A stretch of DNA of 64,000 bases. It comes from the human T2T-CHM13v2.0 reference genome, Homo sapiens. The notes under the pieces were generated by a model. The model saw only the letters and a program-made list of their open reading frames with translations, was not told where the DNA came from and made no database searches. The stretch's first letter is position 1. Each line of letters starts with the position of its first letter. Both the position numbers and the translations under genes were made by a program. Location: assembly GCF_009914755.1 (NCBI RefSeq), contig NC_060926.1; one strand, given 5' to 3'. Shown one piece after another: positions 1-11,300 of this stretch.

Positions 1-78
1 GTCACGGCGCGGCCGGGGAGGAGCGCGGGAGGAGGAGGAAGAGCGCGGAGGAGGCGGGCGCTGCGCGCCGGGGGAGGG

Positions 79-80
<2 letters not shown>

Positions 81-127
<47 letters not shown>

Positions 128-134
128 TGCCGCG
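81..134 (+). repeat. (GCC)15-GCT-GCC-GCG trinucleotide repeat (CGG on minus strand)
   Basis: 15 uninterrupted GCC units at 81-125, then GCT GCC GCG. Confidence 0.98.
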
Positions 135-211
135 GGGATCGTCAGGCCGGAGCCGCGCGGCCGAGCGGGCGGCGGGCGGAGGGGAGGGCTTGGCGGCCGG
201 GAGGCTCGCGG

Positions 212-256
212 CGCCCGGGCCGGCAGGGTCCGCCCGGGCCGGCAGGGTCCGCCCGG
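212..256 (+). repeat. 19-bp tandem duplication in exon 1
   Basis: CGCCCGGGCCGGCAGGGTC at 212-230 and 231-249, plus partial CGCCCGG at 250-256. Confidence 0.95.
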
Positions 257-3200
257 CGGCGGGAGGAGGGAGCGGCGCAGACAAAGAGCGGCGCCTGGGC
301 GGGCGCAGCGCGGCCACCGCCCCGGGACCCGCGCCGCTGCCCTCCGGCTCCGCGGGCGGCCCACGGCGAGGTAAGCGCGGCCAGGCGGGCGTGGGGCGGG
401 GGCCACAAACTTGGGGCCGTTGGGCGGAGTTGGGAGCGCGGCGGGGCTCGCGGGCCGGGGTGCGCCCGGGAAGGGGCCAGGAGAGCGGGTCCCCTCCGCG
501 CCCCTCCGGTGCTCTCGGCCCTGCCGCGGCCTGGGCGCCCCCGACCGCGGACTGCCGGGCACCTCCCGGCTCTGCACCTTCCTGCCCGCCTTCCCATCCC
601 TAACCCCCACCATCGGGGGCCGGCCCAGGGGCGGGGACGCCAGCCAAGGGCGCGGGCGAGGATCAGGGCAGGGGGCCCGGCTGCGGGGCCCGGGGACTGG
701 AGACCCCCGGGTGCGCAGGCTGCGCCTGGCCTGCAGGCGGGCGGCCGGCACGGAGCTCGGGGCTAGCGTGGGACCGTGCGGTGGCCAGGGTCGCCAGGGC
801 GCGTGTGCCGGGGAAGAATAGCCGCGGATCGCAGGGCCCCGGCGCAGGGACGGGGGAGGCCGCGATCGGCCGGGAGAACTTAACCGTGTTTATTACAACT
901 ATTTATGTTCGCGCACAAAGCTGCTGTCACATTGCATAAAGGAGGTCCTCGCTTCGGCGAAGGGAGCTTTTGTGCCCGGCTTCAGGCTCTGCGCCCTGCC
1001 CCAGATTTACAGGACTCTAACAGCCACCTGAATGAACCAAAGTTTCTCACAATCGCTCGGCTCTCTCGGTTTTTTTCAGGGCGATTTAATCACCGAGTGC
1101 TTTTGGAAAAATTTGATATGTGAGTTTTAAGGCATGGAGGGTAACTGCCTTATGAGCACAGTTAGCTTGGCATTGTGTGGAGGGGTTTAATTTGCAAAAC
1201 GCTTTAATTTGTAGACAATGGGGATCTCTGTGAAGGTCTGCGGTGGATGCTAGGGGTCATTGGCTGGTGGACCCCAGGCACCTGACTTAAACTAGTATTG
1301 TAACAGCTTCAGGGACAAAGCCGAGCGTGCGTGGAGTCGGCCTTGGCCACTTCACACAATTCAGGTTGGCAGATTCCTCTTTATTTGGCTTTGTTTATTT
1401 TGCCAACAGGTTTAAGGCTGCTTCTGCCAAGTTTGCATCTGCATAATGGGATGAGCAGGCCCCAGTGTGGGCAGGAGGGGGCCTAAAATATCGCACGGGC
1501 CAGCTCCGTCCCTCGACCCAGAAAGAAACAACCCTGAGAGGCCGGTGGGCGTGGCTTGCTGGGACCTACAGGTAGGGGAGTCCCTTCCTGGCCCAGGCGC
1601 AGTCCCCGCTTCTCGGAAGGGATTTTGTGTAGGAATGAAAGTGATTCAGGGTGTTTTTCATGCCTCTGTTTTAGATGTAGTTATCAAGTCTCAAAAGTGA
1701 CTGAAAATGAAATTAACCTGGGCCGCTTTAACTTACCAAAACGGAACTGTGCGTGTGAACACTCCCTCAATTCACTTTGCAAGCTTCATAGATAAGCAGG
1801 TGAATTAGTAACAGGATTCAAGCCTTGCGAGTTTTACGTAAAGAGAATGGCAGTCATCGGACACGTGGAGAAGAAATTGACTTCACCTGGAGATTGGGCT
1901 AGACATGGAGGTTTTTTGACGTTTGGAACAGGGGTTTCCTGAGAAGCAAGTGTTAACCTGCTTGTGAAGAAGTGAACACGAGGGAAAATCCTACCTCAGT
2001 ATATTCTGCCCTGGAGGTTGGTTAGATGTAGTTTTGATTGGAGAAGGTGGCGGAATCTTAGTGGTCTTCTGGCGGCTACTTGAGGCTGAAATGGAGAACT
2101 TTAGGCATAGGAAGCTGTGGAGGTGCCTGGCCCACTTCCTGTCCCGGAGGCCTCGCCTGGATTCTGAGCTTCTTTCCTGCTTCATAAACATTCAGGGGGG
2201 TTGGTCATGAAACACTGGATGAAATTGGGTCACAAATTGCCATCAGGAAGAGTTGGCTGCTGCATAACCCCCTCTGTCCACTTGTGGAGAAACTGACCCT
2301 GTTAACCGTCGGGCTTGCTGAAGGTGCCTTGCAGGTGGCTGTGCTCAGTTTTCATGCTTTGTGTTTTGCTTAGGACACGCTGCATACTTAAATCTTCTTC
2401 ATCCTTGCTCTGTTTGACCCTGCCATATTCCCAGGCTTTGTCATTTACATTTTCGGTTATTTAGCTTTTCCAACAAACAGCAGATCTTATGTACACAGTA
2501 CTATATTTGAGAAATGCACTACCATCCATATTAAATACACCGGAAATCTTCCTTGCATGTGCACAGACTGGATAACCTTTTAAAATACCCTAAGACTCCC
2601 GGAATGGCGCAGAATGCACTGGAGTCCTTTACTTGATCAGTTGCACTAGCTTAGTTTGCCCTGGATAGACCAGGCTGCGAGGCTCTATGGGACACCCATT
2701 TTTCTAACTGCTCAAACTGGCTTGCCGTGTGCACTGGGGGAGACAGGGCTTGCGGAAATCATTCTCTGACATTAAAAATGAGGCTTAAAGACTGAAGAGC
2801 TCAGAATTGCTTGCTGGAACTACAGGGGAGGATGATGAGTGATGTTTGGAAAAACAAGTAAGCTAACTTTTTTCACAAATGAACTGGAAACTCCCTACAG
2901 CTCACTTCAGATGCTTAGGAAATTAGTTTTCCCATCCAGAGGGTTTGCGAGTGGCACTTCCAAATGGTTTCTGTTTCCTAAAATGAGTGATGGAAATACT
3001 TCACGGCACGTTTTCAAAGGGCCTAAGCTAAAATGTGATTTCGTGTATCTTGTTCCATGCCTGAGTTAAGGCAACTCAGAAGAAGGTCGTGACGGCCTTT
3101 TAACGGGCTATCAAAAGTGTGCAGCTAAAGCAAAAACAGTTTTGCATTTCTTTAGGCCATTTAGTAGCACAATTAAAAAATTAGACTCTTTTCTTTTCCT

Positions 3201-3618
3201 GCATTTTCCTTTGAACATTTCCCAAAGTATGTTTATTTCTAAAGGTAAATGAACGTTAGCAAGTATTACCTCTGCCCAGTGACACACATCCACATGTGTA
3301 CTGGCACATACATTCCTACCTCAAGAATCTTAGTCCTTGAAACTGTGGAAATGAAAGTTATTTTGATTGAGGTAGCAGTGTCACAGTGATGTCATACGGT
3401 GTCACTGTCCCTGACCAGCCTCTGTGTTCCCTCTCAACTCCTTGGCTCAGTCTCCTCCGTGTCCTGAGTTCTTACTCATCCCAAGGGTCGTCTCTTACTT
3501 CTTTTCTTCCCCACATCTTATCAACTCCAAACTAGAGGGGATGGCATCATCTTTAAACTTCCACAGCACTTTCTTTGTGTCCCTGATTTGTCATCTGTGA
3601 CATTCTTTCCTGCAGTTG

Positions 3619-3950
3619 TTTTTTTTCTTTTTTTAAGGCAGGGTTTCACCCTGTCACCCAGGCTGGAGTACAGTAGCATGATCACAGCTCACTGCATCCT
3701 CGAGCTTCTGGGTTCAGGCAATCTTCCCACCTCAGGCAATCTTCCCACCTCAGCCTCCGAGTAGCTGGGACTACGGGTGTGCACCACCATGCTCAGTGAA
3801 TTTTTTTATTTTTATTTTTATTTTTATTTTGTAGAGACAGGGTCTTGCTGCTTTGCCAAGGCTGGTCTCAAACTCCTGGGCTCAAGTGAGCCTCCTGCCT
3901 TGACCTCCAAAAGTACTGGGATTACAGGCCAGAGCCACCATACCCTGCCC
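3619..3950 (-). mobile_element. Alu (AluJ-like) with internal 18-bp duplication
   Basis: Poly-T, then ...CACCCAGGCTGGAGTACAGT...; both arms present; TCAGGCAATCTTCCCACC duplicated at 3714-3749. Confidence 0.93.
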
Positions 3951-4281
3951 TATGGTTTTTTTGCCTTCATCTTTTCTTTACTAGATTCTGAACCGCTTGG
4001 GGGCAGACTGGTCTTGCCACTTATACACAATGAGTGTGCAACAAATACTTATTGAATATGTGAATAATGAGTGCCCAGCCTGTTAATATTGGGGCTCTAG
4101 CCTCCCACTGAGATTCAAGTGGTAAGAGACCTCCAGCATTCTTGTAAATCTCAGAACTTCTGTCTACTGTGGAAGGCTTTGACCTCAGGATGTCCAGACA
4201 ATGGGAGAATTTGGTCTGTTGGCCTCTCTATTTGGCAAATTTTCTGTCATGTGAGTCATTTGTAGTCCTGAAGCTACATTT

Positions 4282-4319
4282 AAAAACAACAACAGCAACA
4301 ACAACAACAAAAAAACAAA
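4282..4319 (+). repeat. (CAA)n / A-rich simple repeat
   Basis: AAAAACAACAACAGCAACAACAACAACAAAAAAACAAA. Confidence 0.85.
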
Positions 4320-5114
4320 GCCAACCCCATACTCAACTGTATTACCTGGTGGGCTGGCTGAATGGTTTACTTTTGTAGGTTAGTCTGTTCCTATCAACCT
4401 GAATTCAAAACGCTGGGCAGACCGTTTGTGATCCTGGCCTGGTAAGTTAGTTATTTGTGTCACCCCTTCTTTCTACTGTTGTATTGGTAATGTTTTTAAG
4501 AGAAGAAGCTTCAAGTGCACTCAGAATTTTAAGTATTGCAGTTGCTTCTTTTGAGACAATTTTGGAAGCTGGGGTGCTTACGTTGCCAAATTGTTAGTGA
4601 AGACCGAAAATGCCATGATGAGAGAATGACATGTACTAATGCATGCACGCTCATTCATTGTTTGCAAAGTCCTCTTCACATACACCATCATATTTAATAG
4701 TCGAATAACATGGTGCACTTGGTTCTGGCCCTCATTTCTAGGTAGGAGACTGGGGATGACAGAGCTTGAATTTAGGTTAAGTCCTTCTGCAGGCCACACA
4801 TGAGGAACACCAACGTGTTGCTGGGTAGAGTTGTTTTTTTGTGAGGCAGTTTACAGAACACAGTGTCCTTGGGTATCTGCCTTTGCCGTGTCGCAGCTGT
4901 GTGTAGATATTGGTGGAGCAGATTCTGGATGTGAGTTGACTGAGGTTGAGCGGTGTGAGGGGAGGCCGGCAGGAGCAATGTCAGTCTCTCTTGTCCCCAC
5001 ATCCTGATTATGGGCCAGGGTTACCCTGGAAAGCCTCCTCAAGTTCAGAAAGCTTATTCCTGTTTAGTGCGTGTATTAGTCAGCTCCAGCTGCCTTAAGA
5101 GAATAACACACAGA

Positions 5115-5266
5115 GGCCGGGCGCAGTGGCTCACGGCTGTAATCCCAGCTACTCGGGAGGCTGAGTCACGCGAATTGCTTGAACCCAGGAGGCGGAGGTT
5201 GCAGTGAGCCAAGATCACACCACTGCACTCCTGGGTGACAGCGTGAGACCCTGTCTCAAAAGCAAA

Positions 5267-5270
<4 letters not shown>
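5115..5270 (+). mobile_element. Single-arm Alu (FRAM-like or inter-arm deletion)
   Basis: GGCCGGGCGCAGTGGCTCAC start joined directly to right-arm sequence (CCCAGCTACTCGGGAGG...GCAGTGAGCC) and an A-rich tail. Confidence 0.9.

Positions 5271-5306
<36 letters not shown>
5271..5306 (+). repeat. (CA)18 microsatellite in Alu tail
   Basis: Direct count. Confidence 0.95.
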
Positions 5307-5309
<3 letters not shown>

Positions 5310-6379
5310 CAACAACAACAGAATGGGTGGCTAAAGCTGCAGACATTTATTTTCTCACAGTTCTGGAGGCTGGAAGTCCATGACCCCGGGGCCGGCAGGG
5401 CTGGTTTCTGGTGAGTGTCTCTTCCTGGCTCGTCTTCTTGTGTCCTCACTCACGTAGCCTTCCTTCTGTGAGTGCACTGAGAGAGAGGTCTGGTGTTTCT
5501 TCCTCTTATAAGAACATCTGTCCTGTTGGATGAGGGCCCCACCCTTATGGTGACCTTTTTTAACCTTATTTATGACCTTTTTTAACCTTAATTGCCTCCT
5601 GAAGCGTCCTGTCTCCAAATATAGCCACTTAGGGGTTAGGGCTTTACCATATGAATTTAGGGTGGACAATTCAGCCACTCCCAGTGTGTCTGTCTAGGTT
5701 CCACAACAGGGCTGATGCTTTTAGGAAGACCTGGTGCTCCCATCATCCAGATCTGGGATCTCTGTTTATTTGGGGACACCTACCAGGGATGGTTAGAGTA
5801 GTCACAAGTAAGGAGGGAACGTCAGCTCTTTATATATTGGTTGTAGCACCCCATAACAGGGAACAAGCCTTGGTGCTGGCCTTCCAAAGGCTGGAAAGGT
5901 TTTAAGTAGAGTGATTGAAGAGAGAGAAAAATCTTGACTTGATTTCATTTATGGAAACTTCTCTTCAACTTAGGTAGGTAGACACTTATTTGGGGGTTGG
6001 TTTGTCTTTAATTGAGACCATGATAAAATATCAGTGATATGCAAAGGAAAGTTTTTTCTGAACCCTGGATGAAGAGAGCAAAGCAAGAGGTGGGGCCAAT
6101 GGCAGCCAGGGTGGAGAGGCCGTCTCCTCTGAGCCTGCCATCTCTGTGATCGTGCAGTCTTTGCCACATGAGCAAACATCCCTTAGCAGAATGTGCATGA
6201 CGGTGGTGAGGTGCACCCTGAGCGTGGCTGGAATGTTTCTGACCTAGGCCATTTTGCCTTGTTCAGACATAAGGCAGGGGCAATGCCTGCATGACTGACC
6301 TCCCTCTAGCTCCAGATCTGTATGTTCATTGATGCTTTGTTCGCTCATTCATTCACATTCATATGAATTATCCAAGTTC

Positions 6380-6830
6380 TTAGTGGTCATTTCCACCATC
6401 CCAAACCATTTGCAGCTTCTCCTGCAACCTGCCCGCCTTCTCAGTTATATTCCCCATCACCCACTCACTCGGTTATCCTTGAATTCTCCCTCAGCTCCCA
6501 ACTAGTTATCAACCCCTATTGATTCTACCTCCAAAAGATCTAACATCTCAGCCCTGCTGTCCTTTTTCTGTTTCCCCTGGACATCAAAACCACTTTTTAA
6601 CCATTCCTGCCAATCCATCCCAGGGTGACTGCACGCTGACAGTCAGGTCTGGCCATGACCTGCACACGGTGGCTCTCCATCGTACTTGGGTCAGTGACTC
6701 AAGTCCCCAGCATGGCAGTCATGGGCTTGCACGACTGGGCTGCCTCTCTGTTTCTCCCAGCATCTAAATATCCCCTTCCCCATATACACACATGCTGAGC
6801 TACAAGTCATCTGTGGCCACCCACTGATGG
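6380..6830 (+). mobile_element. L2 fragment (approximate)
   Basis: C/T-rich degenerate L2-like motifs such as ATCCTTGAATTCTCCCTC and GATTCTACCTCCAAAAGATCT. Confidence 0.5.
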
Positions 6831-7084
6831 TTTGCTAATTGTGATAACAAAACTAAGTTTATAATCAGTTTGTTTTTAAAGACTCTCTCCATTGGGACTG
6901 GTTCAGGGTTCTCCTGTGCAGTAATGGCAGGGCTACCCCACTACAGCTTTGCATGGAACTGAGCATGGACCCAGCTCTCTGTCATGGGAGGAGAAGAGAC
7001 TAACTGCAGAAAATGGTGCGTATGTGTGTTTTAATATGGACTGTCTCCCTGCAAATGCCATTTGAACTGATGGATTGTCAAGAG

Positions 7085-7407
7085 CAGTGCTGACCCCTTG
7101 AAATACAATGTGAACCACAAATGCAAGCCCCAGATGTAATCATAATGTTCTGGTAGCCACATTAAAAATGTAAAACCAAACAAGTATTATTAATTTTCAT
7201 CCTATATTTTGCCCAATATATATATAAACTCTATGTGTAATCAACATAAAATGTAATTAATAAGATAACTCATATTCTTTTATTTGCGTGAGGGCTTTGA
7301 AATTCAGCATATAGTATATACGTTTACTGCACCTCTTGGCTGCCTCTCGCTGCATTTTGATTGGCCTTGGCCACACGCGACTAGTGGCAGCCTTGTTGCG
7401 GAGTGTG
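7085..7407 (+). mobile_element. MER33-like hAT-Charlie DNA transposon
   Basis: CAGTGCTG start, TAGCCACATTAAAAATGTAAAA core, GCCACACGCGACTAGTGGCA near the end. Confidence 0.75.
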
Positions 7408-7799
7408 AGTCTATACACTTTTCATGATTTAAGCCTCATTTGCTGTCTGTTTTCCAAAGTTGAGATAGCTAAAGAGACAAAGTGGAAACAATGTAGAATA
7501 ATTATAATGGTCATTATTATTATGCTTTACTGGGAAAGGTGTAACCTTTTTAAATATGAGGAGTAATGTCATCCTTCAGACACTCAGCACATGATGTTTT
7601 AGAGCACTAAAATCAGATTCAGTTAAAACTAATATCATCAAAATACCTTGTTCATTTTACAAATATCTTAAAATGTGGTTTGAATTCTAGAAGTTACCAG
7701 TGTAAAATAACATTTTTGTATATCAGTATTCAACACATTTCCTTTTAAAAAATGTGTTCAGCACCATAGGAAAGGTAAAAAACAACATTGTATACAGTG

Positions 7800-8056
7800 A
7801 TGGGGTACAGGTGTTATTTTGTTACATAAATTGCCTAAGGGTGAATTCAGGACCTTTATTGTATCCATCACTCAAATAACATACATTGTACCCATTGAGT
7901 AATCTCTCATCATCCACCCCTTCCTACCCCATCACCCTTCAAGTCTCTGGTTCCGTCTGGATAATGGCCTCCAGTTCCATCTGTGTTGCTGCAAAAGATA
8001 TGATTTCATTGTTTTTTTATGGCTGAATAGTCTATTTTCTTTATCCAGTCATCTGT
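7800..8056 (-). mobile_element. L1 3' end fragment (L1PB/L1MA-like)
   Basis: GATAATGGCCTCCAGTTCCATCTGTGTTGCTGCAAAAGATATGATTTCATTGTTTTTTTATGGCTGAATAGT. Confidence 0.8.
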
Positions 8057-8167
8057 AGTATTCATATTTCTGATAACATGTTAAGTACAAGCTAAAATCA
8101 TGTATTTTTAAAGTGAACATTAGCTTCTCTCCCACACGGACACAGACACACACACACACATTGTAAT

Positions 8168-8305
8168 CACTGTTCTAAGCACTTTCCATGTAATAACTCA
8201 TTGAGTCCTCACCAACAGAACGTGTGGTACTTTCTGTTTGTATCTTCATCGCTAAGGAAAGGGAGGCACTGAGGCTGCCATGTCTTAGGTTCCACAGCTA
8301 GACTC
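8168..8305 (-). mobile_element. MIR fragment
   Basis: CACTGTTCTAAGCACTTTCCATGTATAACTCATTGAGTCCTCAC matches reverse-complement MIR. Confidence 0.6.
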
Positions 8306-11300
8306 TGACCAAGCTAGCCACCATCCCTTCATTAAGATGTATCTGAAAATACATAAAACAGAACTGTAAACTTTTATTATGGTGTAAGATTTGAGAAACA
8401 TTGATGGAAAATCATTGATAGGGAGTGTAGCTTGCATACAGGTTCATTCTGGGAACGCCTTATCAGCCAAGTGGTTGGGGAAGGCCCTGGACTTTGGAAG
8501 GGCCTAATGAATAACTGGTACCTTGGAGGAGGGGAAGCCTTGGATGGTCATCACTGAGGACCACTGGCCTGGCTGCTCCTCTCCCCCAGCCCCCTTGCTA
8601 TGTTCCGTAGGCTGGTGGTCCTCCACCTGCCCAAGTCTCCAATTCTGCAGGAAACACCAGCATTCCCTGGGGAGAACCGCTGCTGGAGGGAACTGCAGTG
8701 GCACTGGATGAGGGGGAGTATTTTCTGTTGTAGTCACAGTGTATTAGCTCAAGTGGTCATGCAGGTGCCATTGTAAATGCCTGTGTGATGTGCCTCTTCA
8801 TCAGTAGCTGTGTGGTGGGTCCCCACCCTTGTCTCCTCCACACTGGGGGCTGAGAAAACAGGAGTGTGTGTCTTCTCACTCTTCCAAGTGGCCCCTGGAC
8901 TTTTGTGCTGTTGGAATAGCTTGCACAAGGCCATTTTTGCTGCTTCTGTTTTTCCTTAATGAGTTGCTGTTGTTGAAGTGAAGGTAGGCAGGTAGGTTCT
9001 TGCTGAAAACCTTGTAGCAGGACATACCAAATCCTTTTCCTTTGTGCTTTTATGACATCTGGGAAGGTCTTGAAGAATTCCAAGGTGGCTTTGAAATCTG
9101 CTTCTGAGGTTGTGAGAGAGGCCAGGTCAAGTCCAAATGTAGATTCTTGGGAGACTGCTGCTACAGGTCCTGATGGGAACTCTGACACTGGCTGCTCTTC
9201 CAAGTGAGTTGTCTGTGCCAGCTTCTCGAACCTACCCTTTTGTGTTAGGAGGGCCACTGGGGCCATCAGAGTGTTGAGCAGCCCTCCCTGGAGCAGATGG
9301 GACTGAGATAGGACGGTGAGTCTGGCGTCTCTGTTGGGAGAAGCTCCTGCATGTTCCAAGTTTCAGAGGGGCTGCAATTTGGGCAGTTTCTTTCAACTCA
9401 CAGGTTTAGATTTGCAGTCACACTACCTCTCATGTGGCCACTTCTACACGTAGCAGGTTCCAGGATATGTGGTGGCAAAGAATTGTTTACTTCAACATGC
9501 TTAATTTCCCAGCAATGGTGGGGGCAGCCAGGAAGTGAGAAGTGAAAAGTAAGTTAGAAAGTGGTGAGATCACAGGGAGATGCCTAGAAAGACGCCCATG
9601 CCCATCTTAGAGGACAAAGTCCATCAATGTCTCCTTCGATTTTCCTTAACGGTTATGTCTCCCATTTAATATCTTAAGAATTTTGGTTGCGTGTTTAAGG
9701 ATGTCTGCAAGTCAACAAATATTTTAATTATGTCACTTATGAGCCTGGCTACAGGAGAGGAGAGCAGTTGCTGTCTCTTTCATGCTTTGCCTCTCATCAG
9801 CTGTCTTCATTTTAAGGACAATCACTTTAAAAGCTTGTATTCCTGTTTGTGTGTGTCTGTGGGAGGTTGGGGGGAGCTGCTGCATTGGTAAGAAAGCAGC
9901 TCCCCCAACAACTTTTTTTTTTTTTTTTTAAACTGCTCTGCATGATGGAAGCCAGCTTGGAGACATTGACATAAAAAGCACAAGCTACTTGAATATTTTT
10001 AAGAGACCAAGAAATAACAAGGGATTCAGGGAGTTATTTTGAGACAGTTTTTGGGAAATTTAATATAGGTGAAGAGTGAATTTTCATCAAACGATTAAAA
10101 AAAAGTGAAACAACCTTGGTTGCAGAATCTAGCAAGATGGTTATAGAAACAGATTTTTTTTTTCCAGCCATTTCCATTCTTTCTTTCCATTCTTCTGGTT
10201 CTCCCCTCACTTTTTTGTGTGTGACTCCCCTCACCCCGTCTCTCCCGCCCTGAACACCATTTATCTTAATAGTGTGTGTGTTTCCCATCTGTCTTTGTTA
10301 CTGCCCTCATATGACTTTTCTTTTATGTGCTTCTGTTATTGTCTTCTTAGGAGCTTCCTAGCTTGGATTTAGAAGGTTCTCTTCCCTTAAATTAAGCCAT
10401 CTGTCTTGCTTCAGTTCCCTTTTCGTAGTTTCCTTACTAGGTCTATTTTACATGGTTCGGTAGACAAGACCCAGCAGTAACTGTGAAGAAATGGTGGCAT
10501 TATCATCTTTTTTAAAAAAGGAGGAGGGTGTCAGACATCGTGCTGTTGTGATTTTCATTTTGAAGCTTTGCTGGGTAGAACTAAAGTTCAGTTGATTGAT
10601 CACCTATAGATTAGGTGTCTAGTGTTGAATTTGTTGCTTCTTAACTTGATTGTGCCGAGCACCTCATCCCTCAGCCATCCCAGTGGGTGCAGCCGATTCC
10701 GTCTTTCATAAGAAGTAGGTTCACCTTTCATGAGTGCCTCCGGTTGGTGAGGGTTCCATGTGTAAGGAAGAAAATATGTTTTCAACACATTGCACGTTCA
10801 TGCGTGTGGCTTCTCATTCATTTTAGATCGTATTAGTTATTAGACCTAGATTGGGAAGTAGAAACAATTTACTTGTGCAGGTACACGAATACCTTTTTAA
10901 ATGTTAGTATTTTGAGAGACTTCATTGAGACCCGAACCCATGCCTATAAATTCGTGGTTCTCAGCTGGGGCAGTTTTGCCTAATCAAAGACATCTGTTTT
11001 CTTAGCTCAGAAGCCTTACGTTGGTGATTGTCTACAGAAGAAAATTTGTCTTTGTTGTTACTAAGGTTCATAGGATTCTAGGTTCAGCCTGATAATTTTT
11101 GAGCTGGTCACATATGTTAGCTTTTGAATGTTTACTTTCCTTCTTTGTATAGTTCTAAAATAAACTCCTCAGGGGAGAGAGACTAAAAATATCACAAATT
11201 AGACCTTACGAAGGGAAAAGGAAAGGGGAAATTCTAATCTGGCTGTTAGTCGCTGACTTCCAGTGTCTGCAAAGCTGCCTGTTACCTGGCCTAGCATATG

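Larger units (their letters stand above)
1..370 (+). other. NCK2: Non-coding first exon (5' UTR), probably NCK2 exon 1; 5' end uncertain
   Basis: Seen: no ATG in 1-370, followed by consensus donor CGAG|GTAAGC at 370/371 inside a CpG island. The gene name is from my recollection of the NCK2 5' UTR ending ...GCGGCCCACGGCGAG and of its very long first intron; not verified by search. Confidence 0.6.
1..1000. promoter_or_regulatory. CpG island / promoter and first-exon region
   Basis: Very high GC and CpG density to ~875, tapering by ~1000; many GGGCGG/CCGCCC GC boxes; no TATA box; contains a 5' splice site. Confidence 0.95.
5072..5683 (-). mobile_element. MaLR solo LTR (MLT1A/B-like), interrupted by an Alu monomer
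   Basis: TG...CA ends; MLT1 motifs TTTATTTTCTCACAGTTCTGGAGGCTGGAAGTCCA and GGGGTTAGGGCTTT...ATATGAATTT; 5-bp TSD GTGCG/GTGTG (one CpG-type transition). Confidence 0.88.

Noticed and set aside
2-821. Long ORFs on both strands in the CpG island (249, 151, 137 and 136 aa)
   Set aside because: Low-complexity Arg/Pro/Gly/Ala translations expected where stop codons are rare; they span the splice donor and show no recognisable domain.
8757-9359. 200-aa minus-strand ORF in unique sequence
   Set aside because: Starts at TTG; the first ATG has weak context; no recognisable domain. A rough estimate gives ~0.4 such ORFs by chance in six frames of 64 kb. PhyloCSF or Ribo-seq would settle it.
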